54,236 bases of DNA from a virus (taxonomy: Duplodnaviria > Caudoviricetes): IMG/VR virus record IMGVR_UViG_3300019877_000084, positions 1 to 54,236 of that record; one strand, written 5' to 3'. The notes below the pieces were generated by a model. The model was not told the origin of the DNA. It saw only the letters and a list, made by a program, of their open reading frames with translations, and did not search any database. Shown one piece after another: positions 17,638-26,900 of this stretch. The first letter of the stretch is position 1; each line of letters begins with the position of its first letter. The translations under genes were made by a program, and so were the position numbers.

Positions 17638-18254
17638 TTCATCATGGTTTGAACCGTGAGCGGAGGATTAAGTTCTTGCTGCACAAGTCTATCCAATATC
17701 TTAGAAGACCACTCAGGCGGAATAGGTAGGGGATCGTCTTCACCGATACTGGATGGAGCCGCAACAATGATTTGAGCAATAATCTTACTATTTTCTCCGG
17801 GTTCAGCAAATAAATCAAAAAATTTTATTTTAAAACTTTCTTGCCAGCATATATTTATTCCCGGGTATCGCGCCGTGCGTGTCTTGAGACCAATTGCGGG
17901 CTGATGAGACAAGGTGAATTCTTTGTCTGTTGGATCTCCTGATAAATGATACGCCCTCTGAAATATTCTATGAATTGACCTATTCCAGGGTAAGTTGATT
18001 GGGATTTCAGGCAGTGTCACAAAAGCACAGTCGGGATCGTTTTCAAGTTCCAGTTCGTATGACGCTATGCACTGCGCAATTGCCCCCCGGTCGGAATCCG
18101 AGTATTTTGTTATGTAATCCGCCTTCAAAAACTCATTACAGATCCCCCTGAGCTTAAATACAATGTCCTGGACGCTGTATTCACTGGTGGTCTTGCGATC
18201 ACCGCCCTGTAATCTCCCTATTGCTGTGTATGCGAGCTGACGTAGTGTCTCCAT
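17634..18254 (-). CDS. putative tail ring protein
   Basis: position; FVTLPEIPINLP...DPLPIP. Confidence 0.55.
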   Translation of the reverse strand: METLRQLAYTAIGRLQGGDRKTTSEYSVQDIVFKLRGICNEFLKADYITKYSDSDRGAIAQCIASYELELENDPDCAFVTLPEIPINLPWNRSIHRIFQRAYHLSGDPTDKEFTLSHQPAIGLKTRTARYPGINICWQESFKIKFFDLFAEPGENSKIIAQIIVAAPSSIGEDDPLPIPPEWSSKILDRLVQQELNPPLTVQTMMK

Positions 18255-18256
18255 GT

Positions 18257-18901
18257 TTAGGCGTGATTATCAAGTACCTGTTGCTCTTTAGAAAACTGTA
18301 TCATTTCACCTGATCTCATATTAATACCGAGCTTAGCCAGGGTTTTGTCGATGATGATGTCCGCTATGGTTTGATGCCATTCCCAATCCACACTACTGCC
18401 ATCGTTATAAATATACCTGTCTCCCACGGTATCGATAGCATATACCGGTAAATTAGGTTTCTTTAAAAACGACACAATCACTTTTGGAAATGCGTCTATG
18501 GGCATGACTTTTAGTTCTTGTTTATTATGGGTGCATACCGGGTATGTCGCTGTAGGAATCTTTACGGGATCATTTATCCTGGCATTCCACTTGGTGCTGT
18601 CGACATCATGTACTTCGGTTTTTACCGTCGAACTGACATAGCCTTCATACAAATATAGATAATCCAGGCTCACAATTGTGCCAACGCCATCTGTTAGTAT
18701 CACTTCCTCACTGGCTTGAAAAGGACGTAAATACGGATCCATACTCTTGGTCTTTTCGAAATCTTTAATGTATTGCCGCCACACATTCATGCTTTCGGCA
18801 TGAAGTTCGTCACATATTTGCTTAGGCGTGTGGTAGCCAGTAAGCCCTTTTTTAGTGGCAAAGTTTACCCGATTTACAACACTAAATATCAACTTAGACA
18901 T
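18257..18901 (-). CDS. putative tail ring/neck protein
   Basis: GYHTPKQI...FLKKPNLP.YA...YND.SSVDWEW...LGINMR resembles crAss-type ring proteins. Confidence 0.6.
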   Translation of the reverse strand: MSKLIFSVVNRVNFATKKGLTGYHTPKQICDELHAESMNVWRQYIKDFEKTKSMDPYLRPFQASEEVILTDGVGTIVSLDYLYLYEGYVSSTVKTEVHDVDSTKWNARINDPVKIPTATYPVCTHNKQELKVMPIDAFPKVIVSFLKKPNLPVYAIDTVGDRYIYNDGSSVDWEWHQTIADIIIDKTLAKLGINMRSGEMIQFSKEQQVLDNHA

Positions 18902-18906
18902 ATAGA

Positions 18907-19500
18907 TTAAAGTAAGGGTAAGAAGTTTACCTGCATAGACTCCAAAGTATTTCCTCCGAAAAAGTTAGTGCCCGGACAGCTTTTTGTAACCGGGTTAGGA
19001 TATTTTTCGGGATCGTCAACCCATCTCACGCCCGTAACTATATCGTAGAAATGATGATATACGATTGACTCCGTTGATGGTAAAAGTTGAAACTTCCGCA
19101 GTAAAGCAGTATTCATTTTAATAATGGTTTCACGGTGGACATCCGTCATGCCATCCCCACCTATATCAAAATTTCCCAAATGCTCAATGCAGATTCCGTA
19201 TTGATTCGCGCCCTTGATTCCCGCTGGTATGGTATCAAATGGTCGGCCCAGCGCTATGGCTCCATCTGGGAACGAAGTCAAATTTTGCGCTATTTGCGCA
19301 AATCCGTTTTGCATCTGAAACGCTTCCATGCTTTCCAGCCAATGAAAATGATCGGGTAACTTTTGCCAGTTTTCATAGTCTGGTTTCCATGTATGATGTT
19401 GTTGGACTAATCCGATTCTACGGGTAACATTTAACGTCGTTAACCACGTCTCGAAAGCCGGGAAATCAAATAGAGTGAATTTACCTTTTACTGTTTTCAT
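18907..19500 (-). CDS. endolysin, N-acetylmuramoyl-L-alanine amidase (Amidase_2)
   Basis: QQHHTW, GRP.....AGIKGAN..GICIEHLGNFD, IVYHH, KSCPG zinc-amidase motifs. Confidence 0.9.
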   Translation of the reverse strand: MKTVKGKFTLFDFPAFETWLTTLNVTRRIGLVQQHHTWKPDYENWQKLPDHFHWLESMEAFQMQNGFAQIAQNLTSFPDGAIALGRPFDTIPAGIKGANQYGICIEHLGNFDIGGDGMTDVHRETIIKMNTALLRKFQLLPSTESIVYHHFYDIVTGVRWVDDPEKYPNPVTKSCPGTNFFGGNTLESMQVNFLPLL

Positions 19501-19550
19501 TTTTTTAGGCGTTTGGATTTCATTAAATCTAGTAAAAAAAGTAACAATAC

Positions 19551-19919
19551 CTATTCACTTACCCTCAAAAAGTCCAGCACCTCGCTTACAATGCCCTGCA
19601 CACCAGCTTTCATTACATAACTATCTACCCCCGAGTTTCGAGCCAGTTCCAAGTCCTCGTCATCGGGTGGAAACTTAGACGAGTACAACAGGAATGGAAT
19701 ATGTCTCTTTTTTTCTCCGTGCCTAATAAGTTTCGCGAGTTCAAAACCACTTATCTTAGGCATATTAACATCCGATATGATCAATGAGAATTCAAAATCT
19801 CCCATCATCTTTAACGCTTGTTGGCCGTTTGACGCACTCATGGTCTTGAACCCCTTTTGCTTGAAGTTCTCCTCCAGAAGTTTGCGTTGCAGTTCATTAT
19901 CTTCTACGATTAACATCAT
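19551..19919 (-). CDS. single-domain response regulator receiver (CheY-like)
   Basis: LIVEDN acidic pocket, LIISDVNMPKISGFEL phospho-Asp, LLYSS, GVDSYVMK Lys. Confidence 0.9.
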   Translation of the reverse strand: MMLIVEDNELQRKLLEENFKQKGFKTMSASNGQQALKMMGDFEFSLIISDVNMPKISGFELAKLIRHGEKKRHIPFLLYSSKFPPDDEDLELARNSGVDSYVMKAGVQGIVSEVLDFLRVSE

Positions 19920-20154
19920 TTCCTGAGAATGCTTTTATCGCGTCTTGAATGTTATCCGCTATTGACTTTAGTTCTGTAATCTCGCTTTTGATAAAGTTGT
20001 CAAGCCTTTTTGTAACTGAATTCATGCTTGTAATTAATTTCTCTACGTCTTTTTGCATTCCAGATATTTTTATAATTGAAAAACTTACCCACGACAACCA
20101 TCCAGCAAAAGCCAGTAAAGCTATACCGAAAACGAAATCAGTTGACGCCGGCAT
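19897..20154 (-). CDS. small membrane-anchored coiled-coil protein (holin/spanin-like)
   Basis: one N-terminal TM helix then heptad repeats; in the lysis region. Confidence 0.55.
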   Translation of the reverse strand: MPASTDFVFGIALLAFAGWLSWVSFSIIKISGMQKDVEKLITSMNSVTKRLDNFIKSEITELKSIADNIQDAIKAFSGNDVNRRR

Positions 20155-20157
20155 CCT

Positions 20158-20673
20158 TTATGGTACTTTAGGCGAATCAACAGTTGTTTTTGTTTCCGTT
20201 GTAACCGTTGTTGCTTCCTGTTGTTTTACTGGCGGCACGGATGACAGGCCTCCCTTAAACGCCAATGCCCAATCGAAAATGTATCGTCCAAATACCTGGT
20301 AGGCAATTAACCCGGTAATGATATATAGCGCAATTACTTGCGTGTTTGAGCTATTCGTAAAAAAGGCAACACGGCCAATTATTGGTGGAAAAATAAGTAT
20401 TGAATAAAATGTCACTTGTTCCCCTCCCTCCCATGCTTCGTTTTTACCTGTCATTCTCAGGCCTGCGATCATTTCTTTTTTGTAGTAAAGAAACAAAGCC
20501 CAAAAGAACAAAGTCACCCCACCCCACATTAAAAGACTGTCAATCCGCTCAGGGTTTTTTGCCAGGTGAAAGAAGTAACTTTCAAACACATTGAACTTTC
20601 CATGGGTGATATTTTGTACCCTTGCCATGGTGTTATGAATTATTGAATCCGGCAATGTTTGAAATAAGGTCAT
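20158..20673 (-). CDS. 3-TM membrane protein, putative holin
   Basis: three hydrophobic segments; upstream of the endolysin. Confidence 0.5.
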   Translation of the reverse strand: MTLFQTLPDSIIHNTMARVQNITHGKFNVFESYFFHLAKNPERIDSLLMWGGVTLFFWALFLYYKKEMIAGLRMTGKNEAWEGGEQVTFYSILIFPPIIGRVAFFTNSSNTQVIALYIITGLIAYQVFGRYIFDWALAFKGGLSSVPPVKQQEATTVTTETKTTVDSPKVP

Positions 20674-20691
20674 GATTTATTTGTTTATGTT

Positions 20692-22131
20692 TTAAGGTAT
20701 AAAAAGTGGTGCCCTGTATCCGTACCCCTCTATATACCAAGTATCCGTTGTAGTGATCAAACCTTGTAAAAGATAATTATCAGGATCGTTATACCCGATA
20801 ACAAATGTCGGAGTGGGGCAAGTACCGATGACGTTGCCATGATTCCCAACCTGGCCCGTGATCGTATTAGTATAACCTATTGCTCTGTTGTCAAGATACA
20901 TTGTCGTAGAGCCATCGAGCGTATTGTTTCTGAAAACGATTGGCGCCATCCTTTCTTCAACCTTCACGGCATAGCTATCGGATCCTCCAAGTTTCTTGAA
21001 GCAGTTGTTTTCCACTATGATCGAATCTCCGGTGAGCCGATTGGCGAATGCCGCAAAGTATTGGTTATCGGTGCGAAGGATCTGCCCGGGAAATGCCGTC
21101 CAGCTTATGTAGTTATGATGAAGGCGTAAACCATGCGAGGCAATGGAGAATCCGTCCTTTGCCCCGGAAAAAACATTATACCTGACCTGGCTTCCCGGCC
21201 CGTTGTCGTGATACTGAAAATTATTACTTTGGCCACTGGTAGTAGTCTGCCCGGCGAGGATACTGGTATTATATTCAACGGTGACAAAGTTTGCATGTTC
21301 TATTTGGATGAACTCCCGTTGGAGGTTGTACCCAAAACAATTACTGACTACCGATACGTTTATGTAGTTGGTTCCGTTGTAACTCGCCCCGGTGTTGCCC
21401 TCATAAATACATTCTTGGCCAGTGTTGAAACATCTGAGATTTTTTACCGTAATATTTTTGTAATAGTTGGTCCCCGATATTCCAAAGTTTGCGGTAAAAC
21501 CGGACGCATTAGGATTTTTGGCTACGGCATCCTGAACTAAAATAGTTGACCCACCACTGGCCGATGGCATTTGAAATCCGTTTTCGCCGGTGACAACAAG
21601 GGGATATGTGGCAAGGCCGTAAAATGAAAGATCATAAGCCCCGGCCCCGTTGGTGCTTATGCCGTGATTCTGCCCCACTCCTTGCGTGCCGTAAACCGCC
21701 CCAGCCGTAGTAACGAATCTGTAGTCCCCACTTGCTTGTCTGATGGAGAATCCATTTACAAAGGCCCCATTTGGTTTATAGTCTCCAGGAGATCGTCCCG
21801 AGGCGAAGTCAAATAATCCTGGCGAGGTGCAACAAAAATTACTTGGTGCAATCGCTGTCCCTGCTGTGAATGGAGGTAACGGAATGTCAGAGTATTTCTT
21901 TACGGGCAATGGAGGAACAGCCCTTAACAACGAATCAAACGAAGCCTTAAGTTTTAGGATGGAAGCCTCCAAAGCGTTTACTCTTTTTTCATTCACAAAA
22001 AACAGGCTATCTGTCGTCGCCCTTAATGCAAAAATTTTAGCAATACTAATCGTTCCGGTAGAACTGTACGGGATAGACTGAGCCGAAGCAGTGGAGTAAA
22101 CGAAAGCGAGGATGAATAAAAGTTTTTTCAT
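20692..22131 (-). CDS. secreted right-handed beta-helix (pectin-lyase-like) protein
   Basis: signal peptide MKKLLFILAFVYSTASA|Q; short coiled coil; Asn-ladder repeats (VEYNT, VRYNVF, LHHNYI, IVENNCF, VFRNNTL). Confidence 0.75.
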   Translation of the reverse strand: MKKLLFILAFVYSTASAQSIPYSSTGTISIAKIFALRATTDSLFFVNEKRVNALEASILKLKASFDSLLRAVPPLPVKKYSDIPLPPFTAGTAIAPSNFCCTSPGLFDFASGRSPGDYKPNGAFVNGFSIRQASGDYRFVTTAGAVYGTQGVGQNHGISTNGAGAYDLSFYGLATYPLVVTGENGFQMPSASGGSTILVQDAVAKNPNASGFTANFGISGTNYYKNITVKNLRCFNTGQECIYEGNTGASYNGTNYINVSVVSNCFGYNLQREFIQIEHANFVTVEYNTSILAGQTTTSGQSNNFQYHDNGPGSQVRYNVFSGAKDGFSIASHGLRLHHNYISWTAFPGQILRTDNQYFAAFANRLTGDSIIVENNCFKKLGGSDSYAVKVEERMAPIVFRNNTLDGSTTMYLDNRAIGYTNTITGQVGNHGNVIGTCPTPTFVIGYNDPDNYLLQGLITTTDTWYIEGYGYRAPLFIP

Positions 22132-22439
22132 TTTTTACAAGCAATTTCTTTCAACTGATCAAAGGTCAAATGTACTTTTACTTTTCCCGGGTATACAATC
22201 GTAACCTCATTCCATTCTTTTGCCTTGGATTTAAGTTCGCTGTGCCTTTTTTTCAACGCGCTCCAATCCAGTTTGGCAAAATCTTCACACCTTGGAAATG
22301 GATGGTCCTTATCCACTATAATGTACATACCTGCAAACGGGATACGTTCGGTAGATTGCTGTACTATGGAAGCAGGTCGTACAACCTGCCCCATAGACCC
22401 AAAAGAAACCAACGCCAACAAGAATATTAATGTTTTCAT
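22128..22439 (-). CDS. secreted hypothetical protein
   Basis: start at ATG 22439 (ATGA overlap); signal peptide MKTLIFLLALVSFGSMG|Q. Confidence 0.65.
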   Translation of the reverse strand: MKTLIFLLALVSFGSMGQVVRPASIVQQSTERIPFAGMYIIVDKDHPFPRCEDFAKLDWSALKKRHSELKSKAKEWNEVTIVYPGKVKVHLTFDQLKEIACKK

Positions 22440-22915
22440 AGGCTTAAAGTTATCAATTGAAACACACCCATCACAATAAATGTAAAATCTGCGATCTCTA
22501 CCCACCACGTGGAGTTTTCTACTTTAAACCGGTCCAACAATATGGAGCCAACCAGGCAGCAAATAGTAGGAAAATAAATTCCGTGTGTAAGTAACGCGTA
22601 ACACGCAAACGCAATCCCGCCTATTGTTCCCGCGGAATGAAGTATGCCCACTATTTTCTTATCGCTCCGGAAGGCCGGTGCAAAGGTAACAATAAGCAAC
22701 GATCCGCCAGAAGCGAGGAACCAGAGGCTTTTTGAAAATAAGAGCATTGTTGGAATGCTAATTGAAATGATAAATGCGATGAACATAAATTTTTTCTTTG
22801 TTAGCCCTTCACTATACCATGACTCGCTGATTGACGGCAAGATGCCGTACAAAGAAACCACAATCCATAGATAGGTAAGGAAACAAATGGCTTGAATGAT
22901 TGGTAGCGTTATCAT
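22436..22915 (-). CDS. multi-pass membrane protein
   Basis: 5-6 hydrophobic helices; LPSISESWY motif. Confidence 0.7.
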   Translation of the reverse strand: MITLPIIQAICFLTYLWIVVSLYGILPSISESWYSEGLTKKKFMFIAFIISISIPTMLLFSKSLWFLASGGSLLIVTFAPAFRSDKKIVGILHSAGTIGGIAFACYALLTHGIYFPTICCLVGSILLDRFKVENSTWWVEIADFTFIVMGVFQLITLSL

Positions 22916-23025
22916 ATTTTATAAGTTACATTTTCAAAATCAACAAGGGCCGCCTTACTTCCCTTGTCGTATTAAGCTCTAACCATTCGAAGTTAACTAT
23001 AAGAACGTCAGGCAATGTTTTCAAA

Positions 23026-23412
23026 TCACTTAATCCGTTCAATTTTTAGCGTCCCCTTACTCAAATCTCCCCCTGAAATCCGATATTTCTTAGGATCAAT
23101 TCCTTGCGCATCCAAAATCAATTCCTGTGCCTGTCTAGACTGTTCTTGGATAGCTGCCGACCGCTGCATTAATGTATTGAAGGTAGCAATCACTTCCTTG
23201 TTTTTCTCCACGTCTGATGCAAATGCTTTTTGAACCGAATCTAGTTTCGTCAAGATTTGCTTTTGATAGGTACGCAATTCAATAGTTAGCGTATCCTTGG
23301 GCGAAGACTTGGCTTGAAGGGTCGGTTTCCCTGCCTTAGCCACAACGCCAGTCTGGGCGATGGACACGATGGAGAACAAAATAAAGGTTAGAGTCAAAAG
23401 TTTAGTTTTCAT
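23026..23412 (-). CDS. secreted coiled-coil protein
   Basis: signal peptide MKTKLLTLTFILFSIVSIA|Q followed by a long helix. Confidence 0.7.
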   Translation of the reverse strand: MKTKLLTLTFILFSIVSIAQTGVVAKAGKPTLQAKSSPKDTLTIELRTYQKQILTKLDSVQKAFASDVEKNKEVIATFNTLMQRSAAIQEQSRQAQELILDAQGIDPKKYRISGGDLSKGTLKIERIK

Positions 23413-23415
23413 GGG

Positions 23416-23940
23416 TTACCAGTTTTTATTTGTGTTAAGTTTATTTATGAGCGCGGCCACGATTAAATACACTTCATCCAGGGCACCTTGTGTGCTGAGT
23501 GTACCGGTTCCAGCGATTTGGTTCAACTTGAACTGTTGCCAATAAGCTAACTCGGTGATAGCTCCGGGGGTGCCGCTTGCAACTATGTTACCGTTCACAT
23601 CTACCCAGTGTCCGGCTGTACCATAACGAATATACTTATCGCCATAAGTTTGTAACAGAACGTCTTTTTGAGCCTGTGTCAAAACGCCATCAGCGGCTAT
23701 GGTCGTCATAATGTAATTCCCATAAGCCCCGGCAACACTCTCGTAGGATTGTATCTGAACTTCGAGTTGCCATTCTTTAGTATTGAAAATTATGAAGCTG
23801 GTTACTACGGCCTTTTGTTTCACCGGATTACCATTGAACTGCAATCTTAGGTTATCACTAAGATTGACGACAGCCCAGGTATTGTTGGCTACTTGTGCTG
23901 AAGCGCAAAAACTGATTAGAAGAAAGATTATTGTTTTCAT
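23416..23940 (-). CDS. secreted hypothetical protein
   Basis: signal peptide MKTIIFLLISFCASA|Q. Confidence 0.7.
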   Translation of the reverse strand: MKTIIFLLISFCASAQVANNTWAVVNLSDNLRLQFNGNPVKQKAVVTSFIIFNTKEWQLEVQIQSYESVAGAYGNYIMTTIAADGVLTQAQKDVLLQTYGDKYIRYGTAGHWVDVNGNIVASGTPGAITELAYWQQFKLNQIAGTGTLSTQGALDEVYLIVAALINKLNTNKNW

Positions 23941-23969
23941 CTTTTTAAGATTATGTTGAGTTAAGAATT

Positions 23970-26900
23970 TTACATTGCTGTTGTTCTTGATTGCTCATTC
24001 CAGTTGGTCCCATCATACACAAAATTCACCGTGAACACTTTTGCGGTTACCGTTCCCGTGGAGAGTGTACCAATCGTCTTATAGTTTGTTCCCCAGGTTA
24101 GTACAAATGCGGTCGTTCCTGAAGTAGTTACCACGAATGAGCATTGTTGTCCTGCAATTCCACCAGAGGCATTGAATGTACACGCACCAGTTGGGGTGAT
24201 GGTCATCACGGTGAGGTTAGTTAGCGTAGTAGTCATCGTTCCGGTTGTAGCTGGAGCAGCCACACTTGCATTAATACCTATGGCTAGCCGTGTGGCAACT
24301 GGAGTGAAAAATAGATTTGTACCATTGTTTTCAACCGCTCCAGCTAGTGGAGTGGTTAGGTTTGTTCCAGATGGGAGAAGCAGTGGAGCATACGTAGTTG
24401 TACCAGCAGCTAGTAACCAAGACCCACCAATTACCTGGCCTGCATAGTTATTTGTTGCTCCTGTAGCAGCATTTACTGTAATTCCATAGCTATTGGTAAC
24501 AGCACCAGTGCCAGCAATTACACTTCTTGATCCAATATATAGTGCGTGTGAATTTGTAATAGTGGCATTATTACCAGCTTGAGAATAACTAATATACATG
24601 AACTCAGCATCTGTAATAGTGCTAGCTCCAACAAACTCATACCGTGGTGGTTGAAACAGAATACTTCTTAATAGTGTTTGTGCTCCAGTATTAAATTGTA
24701 CAATTCTATTAAGAGCAAAATTAACATCATTAGACTCTACACTTGCTGTTAAGGTTACGTGTGGAGCACCACTTAAAATGAGCGCTGTAGGCGTTCCGCT
24801 TGATAATGTACCTTGCGTAATTTGTAATTGCACAGCCGTTGTGCCACTAGAAATTTTAACTGCGCCAAGTAAGTTTGCAGAGTAATTATTTGTTGCGCCC
24901 GTCATCGCGTTAGCAGTAATACCATAACTATTGGTACCACTTCCTACAGATGCAGATTGAATTAAAATACCGTGAGAATCAGTTATGATTGCATTAGTAC
25001 TAGTAACGGGTGCACCTAAAACGTTTATGGATGCGGCAGAGGTAATTGTTCCTCCAGCAGTAACAAAGGCATATTGCGTTGGTCGTATATCAAGACCAAA
25101 TGCAGTAGAAACGGTGGTGTTGGAGGCAAATTGAACAGTTTGTGCTAAATTAAATTGAACTGCAGCATAACTAGTACCAGCAGCTAATGTGGTATGAGCC
25201 GCTCCTATAAAGCTAGCAAGAAGTGGGGTGCCTCCATTATGGGCACTTTGAGTGAAAGAAATAAAAGTATGAGTAGTTGATTGAGCCACTTGACTAAACG
25301 TGACCCCAATGCCCCCTAAAAATTGTGCAGAGTAGTTAAGCGTTCCCCCTGTAGGCGCATTAGACGTCAATCCAAATGCCGCTCCTGCACTCGTTACCGC
25401 TCCGGCTTGAATAAGTAGCCCATGAGCGTTGGTCTGAGTTGTGTTGGTTCCGGCCTTGGGCGCACCGCTGATGGTGAACGTTGCGTTATCTGTGATCACA
25501 GAAGCTCCAGTGAATCTAATAGTGGGTGCTTGAACAAGTGCGTTACGGAGAATGGTCTGCGCTCCGGCAGCGTATTGGACGGTAGCGGAAGAATTGAAGT
25601 TGGCAAAAAGTACTTCGGTGGAAGCCGTAAGACTCGTATGGGCACCGCCATCTACCTGGAAAGCGGGAAGACCATTAGCAGAAATTAAGGCTGGTTGTAG
25701 GACATATAATCGTGCGAGATTATTTCCTGTAGCTACCCCGATATTAAAATTTTGTAGAGAGGTAAATGAACCAGCAATTGTAGATCCATTAGTCCGTAAA
25801 TTAATTCCTCCTGCTGCGAGAGGAGCGTCAAAATAAACATCCTGTCCAGCAACCTGCATACTCATTCCCATCACACCACTTGATGAGTTGATCGCAATAT
25901 TCCCAAGTACTTGTAGAAAATTACTTGCTCCTGATGAAGCCCCGGTGGCAATTAATAATTGCCCCGTAGATGTAAAATTGGCAATTTGTGTATAAGCTGC
26001 CCCATTAATACTCGATCTTAATCTCCATAACCCCGTTGGGTTTGCTGCCCCTTGTACTGGAAGAACATCGGCCATGAACTTAACTGATTGATTAGCTACT
26101 GGCGTAGTTGCCCATCCTTGCCCTTCCCATAGTACCCCACCTGATATTTGTTGCGCTCCTGCCGCTGCGGCCGTAGCATTTTGAATCCATAATCCCTTTC
26201 CGTCAACCGAGGTTACTCCCAATGTTGGAGTAAGAAATTTCAATGTATTGGCTCCCGTTGTGGTTTGATCAATTACGACCGCTCCAGTAAGCGTGGAGGT
26301 TCCGGTAAGTAGCCAACTTAATCCCGCGGTTTGTACCGTAAGCCAATTTGTTCCATTATAAAACTTCAAAACATGAGAAGTAGTATTATAAGATAATTCT
26401 GCTTCCAATCCTACAGAAGGGTCCGAAGCAAAACCACCAAGATTAATAGGGGATGTTGTAGTAGTCTGAATAAAAGTTTGCTTATCAGTAAATGTCTTAA
26501 CTCCAAGAACCGATCCCCAACTAGGCAATGATAAAGTAGTATATGCACTAGAAACATCAACACTATATTTTAATCCCCCAGCACTCCCAAGTCTTACATT
26601 ATAATCAATAGGGATATTACTATCCTGATAACGAAGCATTACTCCATTTATATCAGAAGTTACTGTCATGTATTTACCAACTAAATTCCCGAAAGCCATT
26701 ACTATAGAGTTTTGATCGGCATCTACCGTATTGTTCAATGCCCCACTCTGCCAACCAAACCTAGCAAGCTCAAATGCTGTTGTAGTTGAAGTTACTATCT
26801 TTATTGAATTATTCTGAAATAGATTTACACCTAATCCACTCAATGTTAAATTTGAAGTAAGAGTATTGCTACCCTGCTTTATAAAAGTGGATTGAGCAAC

